DNA of 64,000 nucleotides from Phaeosaccion multiseriatum (taxonomy: Eukaryota > Protista > Ochrophyta, other classes), in the NCBI GenBank assembly GCA_965112735.1, contig OZ218965.1, positions 1,860,001 to 1,924,000 on the forward strand, read 5' to 3'. Both the position numbers and the translations under genes were made by a program. Numbering within the stretch: position 1 is the stretch's first letter; each line of letters begins with the position of its first letter. This document shows positions 51,496 through 64,000 of this stretch, piece by piece. The notes under the pieces were generated by a model. That model made no database searches, was not told where the DNA came from, and saw only the letters and a program-made list of their open reading frames with translations.

Positions 51496-51898
51496 CCTCT
51501 CTCTCCCTGTCTCTCTCTCTCTCTCTCTCTCTCTTTTCCTGACGCGCAACAAACCCCTTCTCAACACCACAAAATAGGTCCGCAACGCCGCCCAAATGTC
51601 GGGCCCGCTTGACATCATCGTAGGGGTGGCCAAGGGCGGGCCGGCCAGGGCGGCCTGGCTCAGAGATGCGATAATGGATGCCACCCCACACACCTTCAAG
51701 GGCTACCGCGGCTTGGCAAACCGAGACAATGAGGGGATCATGCTTGTGAGAAGGGCTGATTCCAAGGCCAAGCCCAAGTCCAGGACCCCACCCAGGCCCA
51801 AGTTCAAGACTGGCAAGAGGGGCGTGCGGGTGGCCGTGGCGGTGCCGGGCGAAGAGGAGGGGGAGAGGAAGGAGGGGGGGGGAGGCGGGAGGAGGTGA
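48912..51898 (+). CDS. Pentatricopeptide-repeat protein with a C-terminal Smr-like domain, probably organelle-targeted
   Basis: Tandem 35-aa PPR motifs (PDRAIYSSLMAAASRAGQYKLALRLM, PDAIMYGTAISACAK, PNVYCYGAAV...); Smr-like MDVRGM...LDIIVGVAKGG across an intron at ~51210-51578; Arg/Ala/Ser-rich N-terminus. Confidence 0.88.
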
Positions 51899-52515
51899 GC
51901 CCCTGGCGCGGCTGGGCGGGGCAGAGCGGATTCCGCCACCGCCAGGTGGAAAAGGGTTTCTTCTTCCATCCTTCTTTCGTCTTTTTGGGACTTGTGGACT
52001 CCACATCGCGACACACGGCCTTTCGTTTCGAGCGGTCGTTGTCCTCATGGCTGCCGCCGTTCAGGTTGAGCTAAATAGAGCTAGGCCATTGCTGTAGGAA
52101 GCGCAGCAGCACCTGCAGCAGCACCTCCAGTAGCAGGAGCAGCAGCGCAGCTCCAAACACAGCAGCAGCGCGTTTCTGGGTCCGTTGGAAGATCGGGGCC
52201 GGGCTGGATCACAAGTGGCAGAGAGGGGAGCTCAAGGGGTCCCTTTGAAATGTTATATCGTACTTCTACAATGATACATTTTGCTCTAAATCTAAGGAAT
52301 ACTACTCTACGAAGTAAGGAATCAACGAGGGAGAGTTGAGAGGGAAGAAGAAAAAAGGGGCGGGAAAAATCGGCTTCACAGCTGGCATTTCCGTGATTCC
52401 AAATCTTCAAGTCAATAGAGCGAGTCATGATACCCCGAATGAGGCTTGAATATTGTACAACAGTGCCACAACCACAAGAGAAGGGAAGAAAAAAAATAGT
52501 TACGACAACATAAAG

Positions 52516-55500
52516 ATGAAGATGGAGATGCTGCCTGTGTGCGCGGTGCTTTGCGCCCTGCTTCCGGCACGTCTCGTCCACGGACAAACACGTAAGAGAG
52601 TGGTGAGGACGGAAAAGGGCGGGAGTGGTGCGGAGGAGCGGCCAGCGCCGCAGCAGCAGCGATGGCCCGTGATCCGCTACCTTCCTGTTGTTCTGAATGA
52701 CTGGCTCCCATGCCTGACCCTGCTCTTCTTTTATTTCTTCTGCCTTCTTGCTTGTTGGCTTGCCTCGCTCGGCCTGCCTCCACCACTCTATGTTTCGCTC
52801 CGTGCTGGTTACTGGCTGCTCTACTACACCTGCTCCCACAGCACCAGCTCCAACACCGGTACGTATGGGAATGGTCGTGCGTGTACTCGAGTACACAGAG
52901 ACTTCTTCATGCGGCTTTCCTCTTGCTTGTAGTGTGTTGCTTGTTCTCAGCGGGCCCGGGTACCCTCCCAGTTTTTATAGAGTGTCCGTCTTTGCTAACT
53001 TCAACACCTGCACCTGTGCCCCACCTCGTCTCTCACCCATCCCTCCCGGCAGGCGCTTTCGTCGTGTCAAGCAGATGCCGACGCCTTCCTGAGCATGACT
53101 GACCAGGAGCTGTTCGACACTCACGACTCCGACAGCAGGATTGGCGAGCACTGCTATGTCGCGTTCGTACCAAACCGCCAGGGTGCTTGCAACTACTATG
53201 CCCGCGCTAAGCCGAGCCCCACCACCGGCTATAACGGCTGGCCCCGCACCACAGCCGACGCAGGGACGGGCTGTGTGTATGAGGGTGAGGGGGGCCGGAC
53301 CAGGTGCTTCTTCCAGGACGCAAATCACGATCTCACTGATGCGGAACGCAGCTCCATGTGCACGCAGGACGTCGTGGCCAATGCGGCGGCTCAACTGCGT
53401 CATGCCATCACGAATGGAGCTTGCTGTGACGCGACTCAGGTATGTATGTATGTAAGTATGTATGTATGTATGTATGTATGTATGTATGTATGTATGTATG
53501 TATGTATGTATGTATGTATGTATGTATGTATGTATGTATGTATGTATGTATGTATGTATGTATGTATGTATGTATGTATGTATGTATGTATGTATGTATG
53601 TATGTATGTATGTATGTATGTATGTATGTATGTATGTATGTATGTATGTATGTATGTATGTATGTATGTATGTATGTATGTATGTATGTATGTATGTATG
53701 TATGTGTGTGCATGTACGGGCAGGGATGGTCTATGGGTGTACATACGTAGACGGATGGTGGGCAGCTCATCTGCGGCACCAGCGCACCCCCCGCACCCAC
53801 CCACCCACCCACCCACCCAGTCGCCGCGTCTGTTGGAGATGTTCCATCTGGACTCTTGTGTACCCGCCTCTAATGCCCTCTCGCCCGTCCTCCCCTCCTC
53901 TCTCATATTCCTACCCTCACTGCCGGCCACAGGAACTCACGCTAGACCCCACTCCTGCCCCTACACCTGCCCCGACATCACCCGCTCCAACACCGGTACG
54001 TACCGGAGTGCTTAACCTTGTAGAGAGTCCCTCTTTGCTCACTTCAACACCTGCACCTGTGCCCCACCTCCTCTTCCGCCCGTCCTTGCCTTCAGGCGCC
54101 TTCGTGTCAAGCAGAAGCAGACGCCTTCCTGAGCATGCCCGACCAGGAGCTGTTCGACACGCACGACTCCGACAGCAGGATTGGCGAGCACTGCTACGTC
54201 GCGTTCGTACCAAACCGCCAGGGTGCTTGCAACTACTATGCCCGCGCTAAGCCGAGCCCCACCACTGGCTATAACGGCTGGCCCCGCACCACAGGCGACG
54301 CAGGGACGGGCTGTGTGTATGAGGGTGACGGGGGCCGGACCAGGTGCTTCTTCCAGGACGCAAATCACGATCTCACTGATGCGGAACGCAGCTCCATGTG
54401 CACGCAGGACGTCGTGGCCAACGCAGCGGCTCAACTGCGTCATGCCATCACGAATGGAGCTTGCTGTGACGCGACGGAGGTATGTATGTATGCATGTATG
54501 TGTGTGCATGTACGGGCAGGGATGGTCTATGGGTGCACATACGTAGACGGATGGGGGTGGGCAGCTCATCATGGCACCAGGCCACCCTCTCCACCCACCC
54601 AGCCTCCGCATCTGTTGGGGATGTTCCATCTGGACTCTTGTGTACCCGCCTCTAATACCCTCTCGCCCATCCTCCCCTCCTCTTTCTGCTTCCTACCCTC
54701 ACTGCCGACCACAGGAACCCACGGCAGACCCCACGCCGGCCCCTACAATGGTGTCCACCACGCTAGACCCCACTCCGGCCCCTACAATGGTTTCCACCAC
54801 GCTAGACCCCACTCCTGCCCCTACACCTGTCCCGACAACACCGGCTCCAACACTGGTACGTACCGAGTGCTTAACCTTGTTGCTCTCAGAATGTCTCTGT
54901 TGACCCTGTTGACTCACTTCAACACCTGTACCTGGCTGTGCCCCATCTCCTCCCCCGCCCGTCCTTCTCTTCAGGCGCGTTCATGTGAAGCAGATGCAGA
55001 CGCCTTCCTGAGTATGCCCGACCAGGAGCTGTTCGACACGCACGACTCCGACAACAGGATTGGCGACTACTGCTATGTCGCGTTCGTACCAAACCGCCAG
55101 GGTGCTTGCAACTACTATGCCCGCGCTAAGCCGAGCCCCACCACTGGCTATAACGGCTGGCCCCGCACCACAGCCGACGCAGGGACGGGCTGTGTGTATG
55201 AGGGTGAGGGGGGGCGGACCAGGTGCTTCTTCCAGGACGCAAATCACGATCTCACCGAGGCGGAACGCAGCTCCATGTGCACGCAGGACGTCGTGGCCAA
55301 TGCGGCGGCTCAACTGCGTCATGCCATCATGAATGGAGCTTGCTGTGACTCGACTCAGGTATGTATGTGTCTGTGTGGCCTTCGCCAAGGTGGATGGCAA
55401 TCTATCGGTGTACATGCGTAGACGGATGGGTGGTGGGTGGGTCTGACTTCGGCAGCACACAACGCGAGCCCCAGTTGGGCAGAGTGTGTAACGCTCTCCT

Positions 55501-56366
55501 TGCTTCTTGTCCCGTGACTTACAAGACTGCTCCCGTTCACTACCATGTCCCTCCCTTCTCCTTCCTTTCAGGTTCCCACCCCAGCGCCTGTCCCACCCAC
55601 CCCCCCCCCTACCCCCCCCCCCACCGAGGAGATCAACTGCCCCTCGCTGGGATGGCCGGGCAGTTGCAGCGCCTTCACCGACCGTGCCTCGTGCGATTGC
55701 TGGGCCACCTCCACCTTTAAGTGCTACTGGGCGTTCGGCGTCTGCGGTTCTGGCGACTTCATTCTGAGCCCCCATCCTACACCCGCGCCCACCCCTCCTC
55801 CCACCACCGGTGAGGAGGTGAACTGCGCCGCGCTGGGATGGCCGGGCAGCTGCAGTGTCTTCACCGACGCTGCCTCGTGCAACTGCTGGACCAAGTCCGC
55901 CTTCGCGTGCTCGTGGTCGGGCGGCAGCTGCGGCACTGGCGGTGGCCCTACTCCTACTCCTCCTCCACTGGCCACCAGGCCCCCGACGTGCGGGCCCACG
56001 CCAGGGACCCCGCCTCCTGTCGGAGAGGTGAACTGTGCCGCGCTGGGATGGGCGGGCAGCTGCGGCGCCTTCACCGACGCTGCCTCGTGCAACTGCTGGA
56101 CCTCTTCCGCCTTCGCGTGCTCGTGGTCCGGCAGCAGCTGCGGCACTGGTGGTGGTGGCGGCGGCCCTACTCCTACTCCTCCTCCACTGGCCACCACGCC
56201 CCCGACGTGCGGGACGCCCCCTCCTGTGACTTCCCCCGAGGTGGACTGCACGCGGCTGGGCTGGGGCGGATCGTGCGGCGGTTACACCTCCGAAGGCGAG
56301 TGCGAGTGCTGGGCATCTTCGTCCTTCGCATGCGGCTGGAGCAGCGCCGATCAGCAGTGCCACTGA
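52516..56366 (+). CDS. Secreted Cys-rich modular protein, paralog 1 (3x ~125-aa domain A, Pro/Thr linkers, 4x ~38-aa domain B)
   Basis: Signal peptide MLPVCAVLCALLPARLVHG; single-exon domain A at ~53053-53439, ~54096-54479 and ~54975-55358; terminal exon ~55572-56366 with repeats of NCAALGWPGSCxxFTDAASCNCWxxSxFACSWSGxSC. Confidence 0.82.
53440..53704 (+). repeat. (GTAT)n microsatellite starting at a splice donor
   Basis: About 65 units directly after CAG|GT; shorter versions at the homologous introns (54480, 59140, 60033). Confidence 0.97.
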
Positions 56367-58281
56367 AGAGGTATCGCCGAGCAGCCAGGGCCAGCTGTTG
56401 CCATCAAGGGTAGTTCTTACTCGGCGGACGGCTTGTGCTCGTCTCTTACTTGCACGACTTGGAGGGGGCTGCAGCCAGGAGGGAAGGAAGGGTGTGATTG
56501 GACCGGACTGATGGCTGCACACGTTTGGGGGGTTGAGTTGTGGGGCGATTCCTGCCCAAGCTGGCGGGGCGCCGACGAGAGGGAGAGTGTGTGGAGTGGC
56601 TGGGCGCGTGTGTGCGTGCGTGCCGTGTACAATAGTTGGAAAAGCAAGATGATTTCGTATCTGTCCACGTGGTAAGATTAATGCATTTGAAGTACACATC
56701 TTCCGGTCTTGCGTCTTCCTCCTAACCCATCTAGTTTGGAGCTAGTGAACGGCCCACGCCTTGGTTCTCAAGCCACGTCTCATATGTATGCTCACTTCGT
56801 ATACGCCTGCTGCTATTCTTGCAACAACAGTGGGAAGAGACCTTCACAAACGGAGGGGTGGAGGGCACCTTATCTCCTCCGTCACTCTGCCTGCTGCTCC
56901 TCTTCCTCGCTGTGGCCTCCTCTCGCCGACTCTACGCTGCCGCCTTCGCTTCGTCCGTCAGCCCCGCCTCTTTCTACCCCCTCCTCTTTCTTGGTCCCTT
57001 GCTGCCCCTTCTCGGCGTTCTGCAGCCTCTGTGGCTTGAACCTCCTCCGCGCTGCTCAGGAGGGGAACTTCCATTCCTGCTTCGCTTTGTGCCGGCTGCT
57101 CCGCAGCTCCGGCAGAGCTGCTTCCCTGAGCTACCATCCCTGCGCGAGAGCAGCGCGATGGCGCTGACGAAGAGCCTGCATCATCCCCCGGGAGAGCTTC
57201 AGCTCTGAGAAACTCCATAGCCACGCAGATCGCTAGTACCCCCTTTGCCCCTGCATTGACCATGGGCACAACAAAGAGAGCAGGACCGGCAGGAGTTGAT
57301 CACGACTTGACATGAGCCCGATAGCGATGCCGAAGTTGCCGGCCCCCGAGGAGGTCTCTGCTCAGCTCACAAGCCGCTCTGAAGGCTGAACAGTCCTGCT
57401 TGCACCAGCAGTCTCCTTCACGCACTGCGAGCTTCAGGGGAGGGTGCCAACAGCCGAGGCAGCGACTCAGAAAGAGCACCTGCTGAAACATTGCGTTGGC
57501 AGGTTGTGGATCTGATGCTGCTCGCCGTGCTCTTCGTGCTCTCCCTGCCCTCCGTGCCCTCCCTCCTCTCGCTCCTCCTGTGGCGTGGAGGGGACAGACG
57601 GAGCTACAGGCGACTCGCCCCGCGCCCCCCGGCCCCGATCCTGAGCTCCCCCGCCCCCCTCCTCCTTTGCACCTTAGCCGCCCTCGCTCTCTTCCTCTCT
57701 CCCGTCCTCTCGTTCGGCATCCTGTTCCCCCTCACACTCTATGTGTCCTCTATCCTGGCCTCAACTTATCACAGTCCGACTTACTCACGCCATCGCGCGC
57801 CTCGCTCCAAAGGAGTCCAGGAGAGCGCCTGCAGCAAAGTGTGACATCTGAACCAGGGCAAGGATTGGAGGGTTAGTTCATGCCCCCTATTCTATCTTCA
57901 GACCTCTATCCGGACACTTACCTTTTAGTATTTAGGGATCCGGCAGGTTAATTTTAATTTGAAGGGAACCGCCTTCGGAAAGCCAGCCGTCCTGTTGCAA
58001 GTTGGTCATACGAGTCACAGTTGGGCATACAGCACCATTTCTCTTCTTATGTTCTTTGATCACCATTTACAACAGCAATTGTTAGACGTTACAGATCTGT
58101 TACAAGTAGTTGGTATGTTAGTCACGCAAGCATGGCCCAAGGCTGCCAATAAGGGTGGTCGGTACGATAGAAAGCTTGAAGGTGTGACTTACCGCGCTTG
58201 CACGCGATTGAACTGGCACCATGTACAGTGGCACAACCCAGACACAACACAAAGAAACAGAACGGAATCGCACAGGACAAC

Positions 58282-60902
58282 ATGAAGATGAAGATGGAGA
58301 TGCTGCCGGTGTGCGCGGTCCTGTGCGCCCTGCTTCCAGCACGTCTCGTCCAGGGACAAACACGTAAGAGATGGTTGCAAGCACTCAAGAAGACGGGTAG
58401 CGAGAGTGGGGAGGAGCAGCGCCACAGCAGCAGCGATGGTCCATGGCCCGCTACCTTCCTGATGTCATGAATGACTGGGCTCCCATGCCTGACCTGACGC
58501 TGCCCTTGTTTTATTTCTTGCCGCCACGCTATGCTACCGTGGTTCCTGCTGCCCTCTGCACCTGTTCCGACAACACCAGCTCCAACACCGGTACGTATGG
58601 GAATGGTCGTGGTACACAGAGACTTCTTCATGCGGCTTTCTTCATGTAGTTGTGTGCTCTCAGTGTGTGCAGTCTTATCTCCCTCAGAGGGTCCCTCTTT
58701 GCTCACTTCAACACACTTACCTTACCTCCTCCTCTCTCGCCCGTCCTACCGTCAGGCGCTTTCGTCGTGTCAAGCAGACGCAAACGCCTTCCTGAGCATG
58801 ACTGACCAGCAACTGTTCGACATGCAAGACTCCGACAACCGGATTGGCGACTACTGCTACAACCGACAAATCTCTAGCAGCTCTGCTGTCTGCAACTACT
58901 ATGTCCTGGCGGTACCGAGCGCCACTCATTCCGGCTGGCCCCGCACCACCCCAGCCGATGCAGGGACGGGCTGTGTGTATGAGGGTGAGGGGGGCCCGAC
59001 CAGGTGTTTCTTCCAGGACTTCAGTTACGATCTCACCGGGGCGGAACGCAGCTCCATGTGCACGCAGGACGTCGTGGCCAATGCAGCCGCTCAACTGCGT
59101 CATGCCATCACGAATGGAGCTTGCTGTGACGCGACTCAGGTATGCATGCATGTATGTATGTATGTATGTATGTATGTATGTATGTATGTATGTATGTATG
59201 TATGTATACATATGTATGTATGTGTGTGCACGGGCAGGGATGGCAATCTATGGGTGTGCATACGTAGACGGATGGCGGGCAGCTCATCAGCGGCACAAAC
59301 CCCACCCTCTCCACCCACCCATCCACCCACCCAGTCTCCGCGTCTGTTGGGGATGTTCCATCTGGACTCTTGTGTACCCTCCTCTAATACACTCTCGCTC
59401 CCTCCTCTTTCTGCTTCTTACCCTCACTGCCGGCCACAGGAACCCACGCCAGACCCCACTCCTGCCCCTACAACGGTGTCCACCACGCTAGACCCCACTC
59501 CGGCCCCTACACCTGTCCCGACAACACCCGCTCCCACACCGGTACGTCCCGAAGTGCCTAACCTTCTTGTCTCTCTCAGAGAGTCCCTCTTTGCTCACTT
59601 CAACACCTGCACCTGTGCCCCACCCCTTCTTCCGCCCGTCTTCCCCTTCAGGCGCCTTCGTGTCAAGCAGATGCAGACGCCTTCCTGAGCATGACTGACC
59701 AGGAGCTGTTCGACATGCAAGACTCCGACAACAGGATTGGCGAATACTGCTACAACCGACAAATCTCTAGCAGCTCTGCTGCCTGCAACTACTATGTCCT
59801 GGCGGTACCGAGCGCCACTCATTCCGGCTGGCCCCGCACCACCCCAGGCGACGCAGGGACGGGCTGTGTGTATGAGGGTGACGGGGGCCCGACCAGGTGC
59901 TTCTTCCAGGACTTCAGTTACGATCTCACCGGGGCGGAACGCAGCTCCATGTGCACGCAGGACGTCGTGGCCAATGCAGCCGCTCAACTGCGTCATGCCA
60001 TCACGAATGGAGCTTGCTGTGACGCGACGGAGGTATGTATGTATGTATGGATGTGCATGCGTAGACGGATGGTGGGCACCTCATCATGGCACCAGGCCAC
60101 CCTCTCCACCCACCCAGTCTCCGCGTCTGTTGGGAATGTTCTGTTCCATCTGGGCTCTTGTGTACCCGCCTCTAATACACTCTCGCCCATCCTCCCCTCC
60201 TCTTTCTGCTTCCTACCCTCACTGCCGGCCACAGGAACCCACGCCAGTCCCCACCCAGACCCCTGTACCCACGCTGGTCCCCACTCCGACCCCTGTACCC
60301 ACGCTGGTCCCCACTCCGCCCCCTACCAAGGAGATCAACTGCCCCTCGCTGGGATGGCCGGCAGGTGCAGCGCATTCACCGACCGTGCTTCGTGCAACTG
60401 CTGGACCTCTTCTTCCTTCGCGTGCTCGTGTTCCGGGAACAGCTGCGGCACTGGTGGTGGTGGCGGTGGCCCTACTCCTACTCCTCCTCCACTGGCCACC
60501 AGGCCCCCGACGATGGCGCCCACGCCAGGGACCCCGCCTCCTGTCGGAGAGGTGAACTGTGCCGCGCTGGGATGGCCGGGCAGCTGCGGCGCCTTCACCG
60601 ACGCTGCCTCGTGCAGCTGCTGGACCAAGTCCGCCTTCGCGTGCTCGTGGTCCGGCAGCAGCTGCGGCACTGGTGGTGGTGGCGGCGGCCCTACTCCTAC
60701 TCCCCCTCCATTGGCCACCAGGCCCCCGACGTACGCGCCCACACCAGGGACCCCCCCTCCTGTGACTTCCCCCGAGGTGGACTGCACGCGGCTGGGCTGG
60801 GGCGGATCGTGCGGCGGCTACACCTCCGAAGGCGAGTGCGAGTGCTGGGCCTCTTCGTCCTTCGCATGCGGCTGGAGCATCGCAGATCAGCAGTGCCACT
60901 GA
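58282..60902 (+). CDS. Secreted Cys-rich modular protein, paralog 2 (2x domain A, 3x domain B; 1-nt deletion at ~60360, possible pseudogene or assembly error)
   Basis: Same signal exon and exon layout as paralog 1; tggccggcagg here versus tggccgggcagt in paralog 1 shifts the frame in the last exon. Confidence 0.75.
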
Positions 60903-63426
60903 AGAGAGTGATCGCCGAGCAGCGAGGGCCAGTTGTTGCCATCAAGGGTAGTTCTTACTCGGCGGACGGCTTGTGCTCGTCTCTTACTTGCACGACTTGG
61001 AGGGGGCTGCAGCCAGGAGGGAAGGAAGGGTGTGATTGGACCGGACTGATGGCTGCACACGTTTGGGGGGTTGAGTTGTGGGGCGATTCCTGCCCAAGCT
61101 GGCGGGGCGCCGACGAGAGGGAGAGTGTGTGGAGTGGCTGGGCGCGTGTGTGTGTGCGCGCCGTGTACAAAAGTTGGACAAGCAAGATGATTTCGTATCT
61201 GTCCACGTGGAAAGATTAATGAAGTTGAGGTACACATCTTCCGGTCTTGCCTCTCCCTCCGAACCCGTCTAGTTTGGAGCTAGTGAGCGGCCCAGCGCCT
61301 TAGTTCTCAAGCCACATCTCACATATTCTGCTCGTACACACCTGCTGCTATTCTTGCGACAACAGTGGGAAGAGACCTTCACAAACGAAGGGTTGGAGGG
61401 CACCTTATCTCCTCCGTCACTCTGCCTGCTGTTCCTCCTCCTCGCTGTGGCCCCGTCTCGCCGACTCTACGCTGCCGCCTTCTCTTCGTCCGTCGGCCCC
61501 GCCTCTTTCTACCCCCTCCTCTTCTTGGTCTCTTGCTGCCCCTTGTCGGTGTTCCACAGCCACTATGGCTTGCACTCGCTCCTCCGCGCTGCTCAGGAGG
61601 GGAACTTCCATCCCTGTGGCAGCGCTTGGTCCCGGCTGCTCTGCGGCTCCTGCAGAGCTGCTCCCCTGAGCTGCCATCCCTGCGCTCGATGAAGGCCCCT
61701 GCTCATCCGTGTCTTCTGCTCCTGCTCTGCGCAGAGAGCAGCGCGATGGCGCTGACGAAGAGCCTGCATCATCCCCCGGGAGAGCTTCAGCTCTGAGAAA
61801 CTCCATAGCCACGCAGATCCCTAGTACCCTCTTTGCCCCTGCATTGCTTTATCATGGGCACACCAAGCAACGAGAGCAGGACCGGCATGAGGGAAGGTCG
61901 GCCACAGACCGGCCTATAAGCCTATGCTCTAGCTAGGCCGGACTTCTCTTCACATCTAGGCTTGACCAGGGGGGGGCGAGCTCTGTGTCCCCTACCGAAC
62001 CCCTCACTCGACCAATTGTCGTATCTTGGCCTGTGAGAAGCCACTGCGAGCTCAGGGAAAGAAGAGGGAGCGAGGGAGGGAGGGAGTGAGCGGGTGCGTG
62101 CGTGGGTGGATGCGTGGGTGGGAACGTGCGTGCGTGCGTGTGTGCGTGCGTGAGTGAGTGAGTGAGTGACGAATGAATGAATGAGTGCGCGTGCGTGCGT
62201 GAGTGAGTGAACGAGTGGGTTAGCTAGGGTGTGAGTGAGTGAGTGAGTGAGCGTGTGCGTGCGTTTGTGGGTGGATGCCACACTGTCACACTGGTGGAGT
62301 GTTTGCATGATAAGTGGGTGCCTGAGAAGTGGGGAGTGAGGACGAGGAGGAGTGTCAAAGCTACACCCTCCTGCGCTGTCACTCGCTGCCTGGCTGGACC
62401 ACGCCTTGCACACTTTGTCTCAAGATGCTGCCCTTGCTCTACCTTATGAGGGCCTGCTGTCCAAGTGATGTTATGATGCTGAGAAACGAAGTTTTCAAAG
62501 GGTTGTTAGAGAGAGAGAGGCCCTAGCCAAAGGAAGGGCCCAGCAGAGGAAACTTGGGGTCCCCTAGCTAGGCCAGGACCCAACAGAGGTAGGTTAGGGG
62601 TTTTGAGCTCCCCCTAGGCCTAGCTAGGCCAGGGACCTGCGTCTCTAAACCTAGACCAATAGGCCGGTCTGGAACCGAGGAGGGGAATCGGAGGGCTACC
62701 ATGATCGTGTAAGTTGGGCGTATGTTTGGTTTCACAGCTGGCACTTCTCTTCTCTGATTCGTTCGATGTTTGCACGGCTAAGTATGTTCTTTACAGGGCC
62801 TAGGCCAGGAGCCTGCGGCTCCTCTAGGCCGGCCGAATTTAGACCTAGGCCAATATTGGGAGATTCTTCTCTGTCAGTCTCTTCAAGCACTGTCAGTTGA
62901 TTACTAATATTAAGTCAATAAATAATTCTTCTCGTGTTTCAAATTTCTTCTCTCTGGTTCGTTGACTCCTTCTTAACTCTAGTACCTCTTCTCGTCCTCT
63001 CCATCCCACTGCTAAATACGGCCTAGGCCATGGGCCTGCGCCACATAGGCCGGTCTGTGGCCGAGGAGGGGTACCAATCGTGTAAGAAGTTGGGTTAGTT
63101 TCACAGCTGGTACAGTACTTGCTTCTCGCGATTCGAGAATATACTGAAATGGTTCTTTGCACGGATAGCTACGTTCTTTGCAACGGCATCACCATGTTAT
63201 ATTGTATATGCACCCCAATTCAGTAAAATGTATGCGAACTACCTACTCGGCCCATTCTGTATTCTGGCGGGTTGTTATGCTGGGCACGCAATTATGGAGG
63301 GGGGTGCTTGCTCGAAGCTCGAGGAACACAAATTAGGCTTGAATGCAGTGGTGGTACAATCACAAACACAAGAACAAGAAGGAAATATTTGCAAAAAGCA
63401 CGACAGGATATCTACGACAAGCCAAC

Positions 63427-64000
63427 ATGAAGATGAAGATGCACCTGCTGCCTGTGTGCGCGGTGCTTTGCGCCCTGCTTCCGGCACGTCTCGTCCAGGG
63501 ACAAACATGTAAGAGAGCGAGGAGGATGCAAAAGGCAGGGTGGGAGTGGGCAGCCACTGGTTGGGGAGGAGCAGGCAGCCAGCGCCGCAGCAGCAGCGAT
63601 GGCCCGTGGCCCGCTACCCTCCTGGCTGCTGTTCTGAATGACCGGCCTCCCAGCCATGGCTGGCTCATGATGCCTGAGACCTGACGCTGGCCTTCCTTCT
63701 TGTATTTGCTTGCCGCCACGCTTTGTTCCTTGGCCCTTGCTGCCTTGCCGTGGTTCTTCTGTTGTTCTTCCGACAACACCAGCTTCAACACCGGTGCGTA
63801 GCTAAGGCCTGGGAATGGTTGTGCGTGTACTCGAGTACACATACTAGTCCGGCTGCTCCAGTCATGCGGCTTTCTTTTTGCAACGACGACGTATTCTCTT
63901 CTCTCTTTAGTGTATACCCTTCTGAAAAAAACAGTCTGATCTTTCTCAGGCACAGTGTCCCTCTTTGCTCCCTTCAACACCTTGATCTTACCTCCTCCTC
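63427..64000 (+). CDS. Secreted Cys-rich modular protein, paralog 3 (5' end only)
   Basis: MKMKMHLLPVCAVLCALLPARLVQGQT|gtaag first exon; following introns and Pro/Thr exon are homologous to paralogs 1 and 2; runs off the window. Confidence 0.7.

Noticed and set aside
54981-56699. 572-aa minus-strand ORF, and the plus-strand ORFs over 1-6300
   Set aside because: Antisense shadows of GC-rich coding sequence on the other strand; no recognisable motifs.
56958-57491. Minus-strand ORF MEFLRAEALPGDD... duplicated at 61417-61812
   Set aside because: Part of the segmental duplication; it could be a gene fragment, but I found no recognisable domain or coherent gene model.

Overview
GC-rich, microsatellite-rich, intron-dense eukaryotic DNA, most likely from a photosynthetic stramenopile (ochrophyte), since one gene has a signal peptide plus a 'TSAF-SP' plastid-targeting motif. 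From left to right: (1) the 5' half of a minus-strand LTR retrotransposon, probably Ty3/Gypsy-like (LTR, gag with a CCHC knuckle, protease; RT lies outside the window). Its gag TGA stop is in frame with pol and is followed by CGG and a 14-bp hairpin, a likely stop-codon readthrough signal. (2) The element sits in an intron of a secreted Cys-rich gene of at least 20 exons with thrombospondin type-3 repeats. Its repeat units are built from 15-nt and 39-51-nt phase-0 micro-exons; these exons are highly divergent between tandem copies while the flanking introns are nearly identical. (3) A MITE nested in a foldback element. (4) A GBP-like protein with a degenerate P-loop. (5) A plastid-targeted glutathione S-transferase. 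(6) A large signal-peptide/TPR/GT41 (OGT-like)/TPR/GT4 fusion gene with a 1.7-kb (CAGGTRT)n intronic satellite. (7) A secreted Cys-repeat protein. (8) A METTL21-like methyltransferase. (9) A PPR-SMR protein. (10) A tandem array of three paralogous secreted Cys-rich, Pro/Thr-linker genes with a localised variable patch. All gene models were assembled by eye from GT-AG sites and reading phase; no database searches were run.
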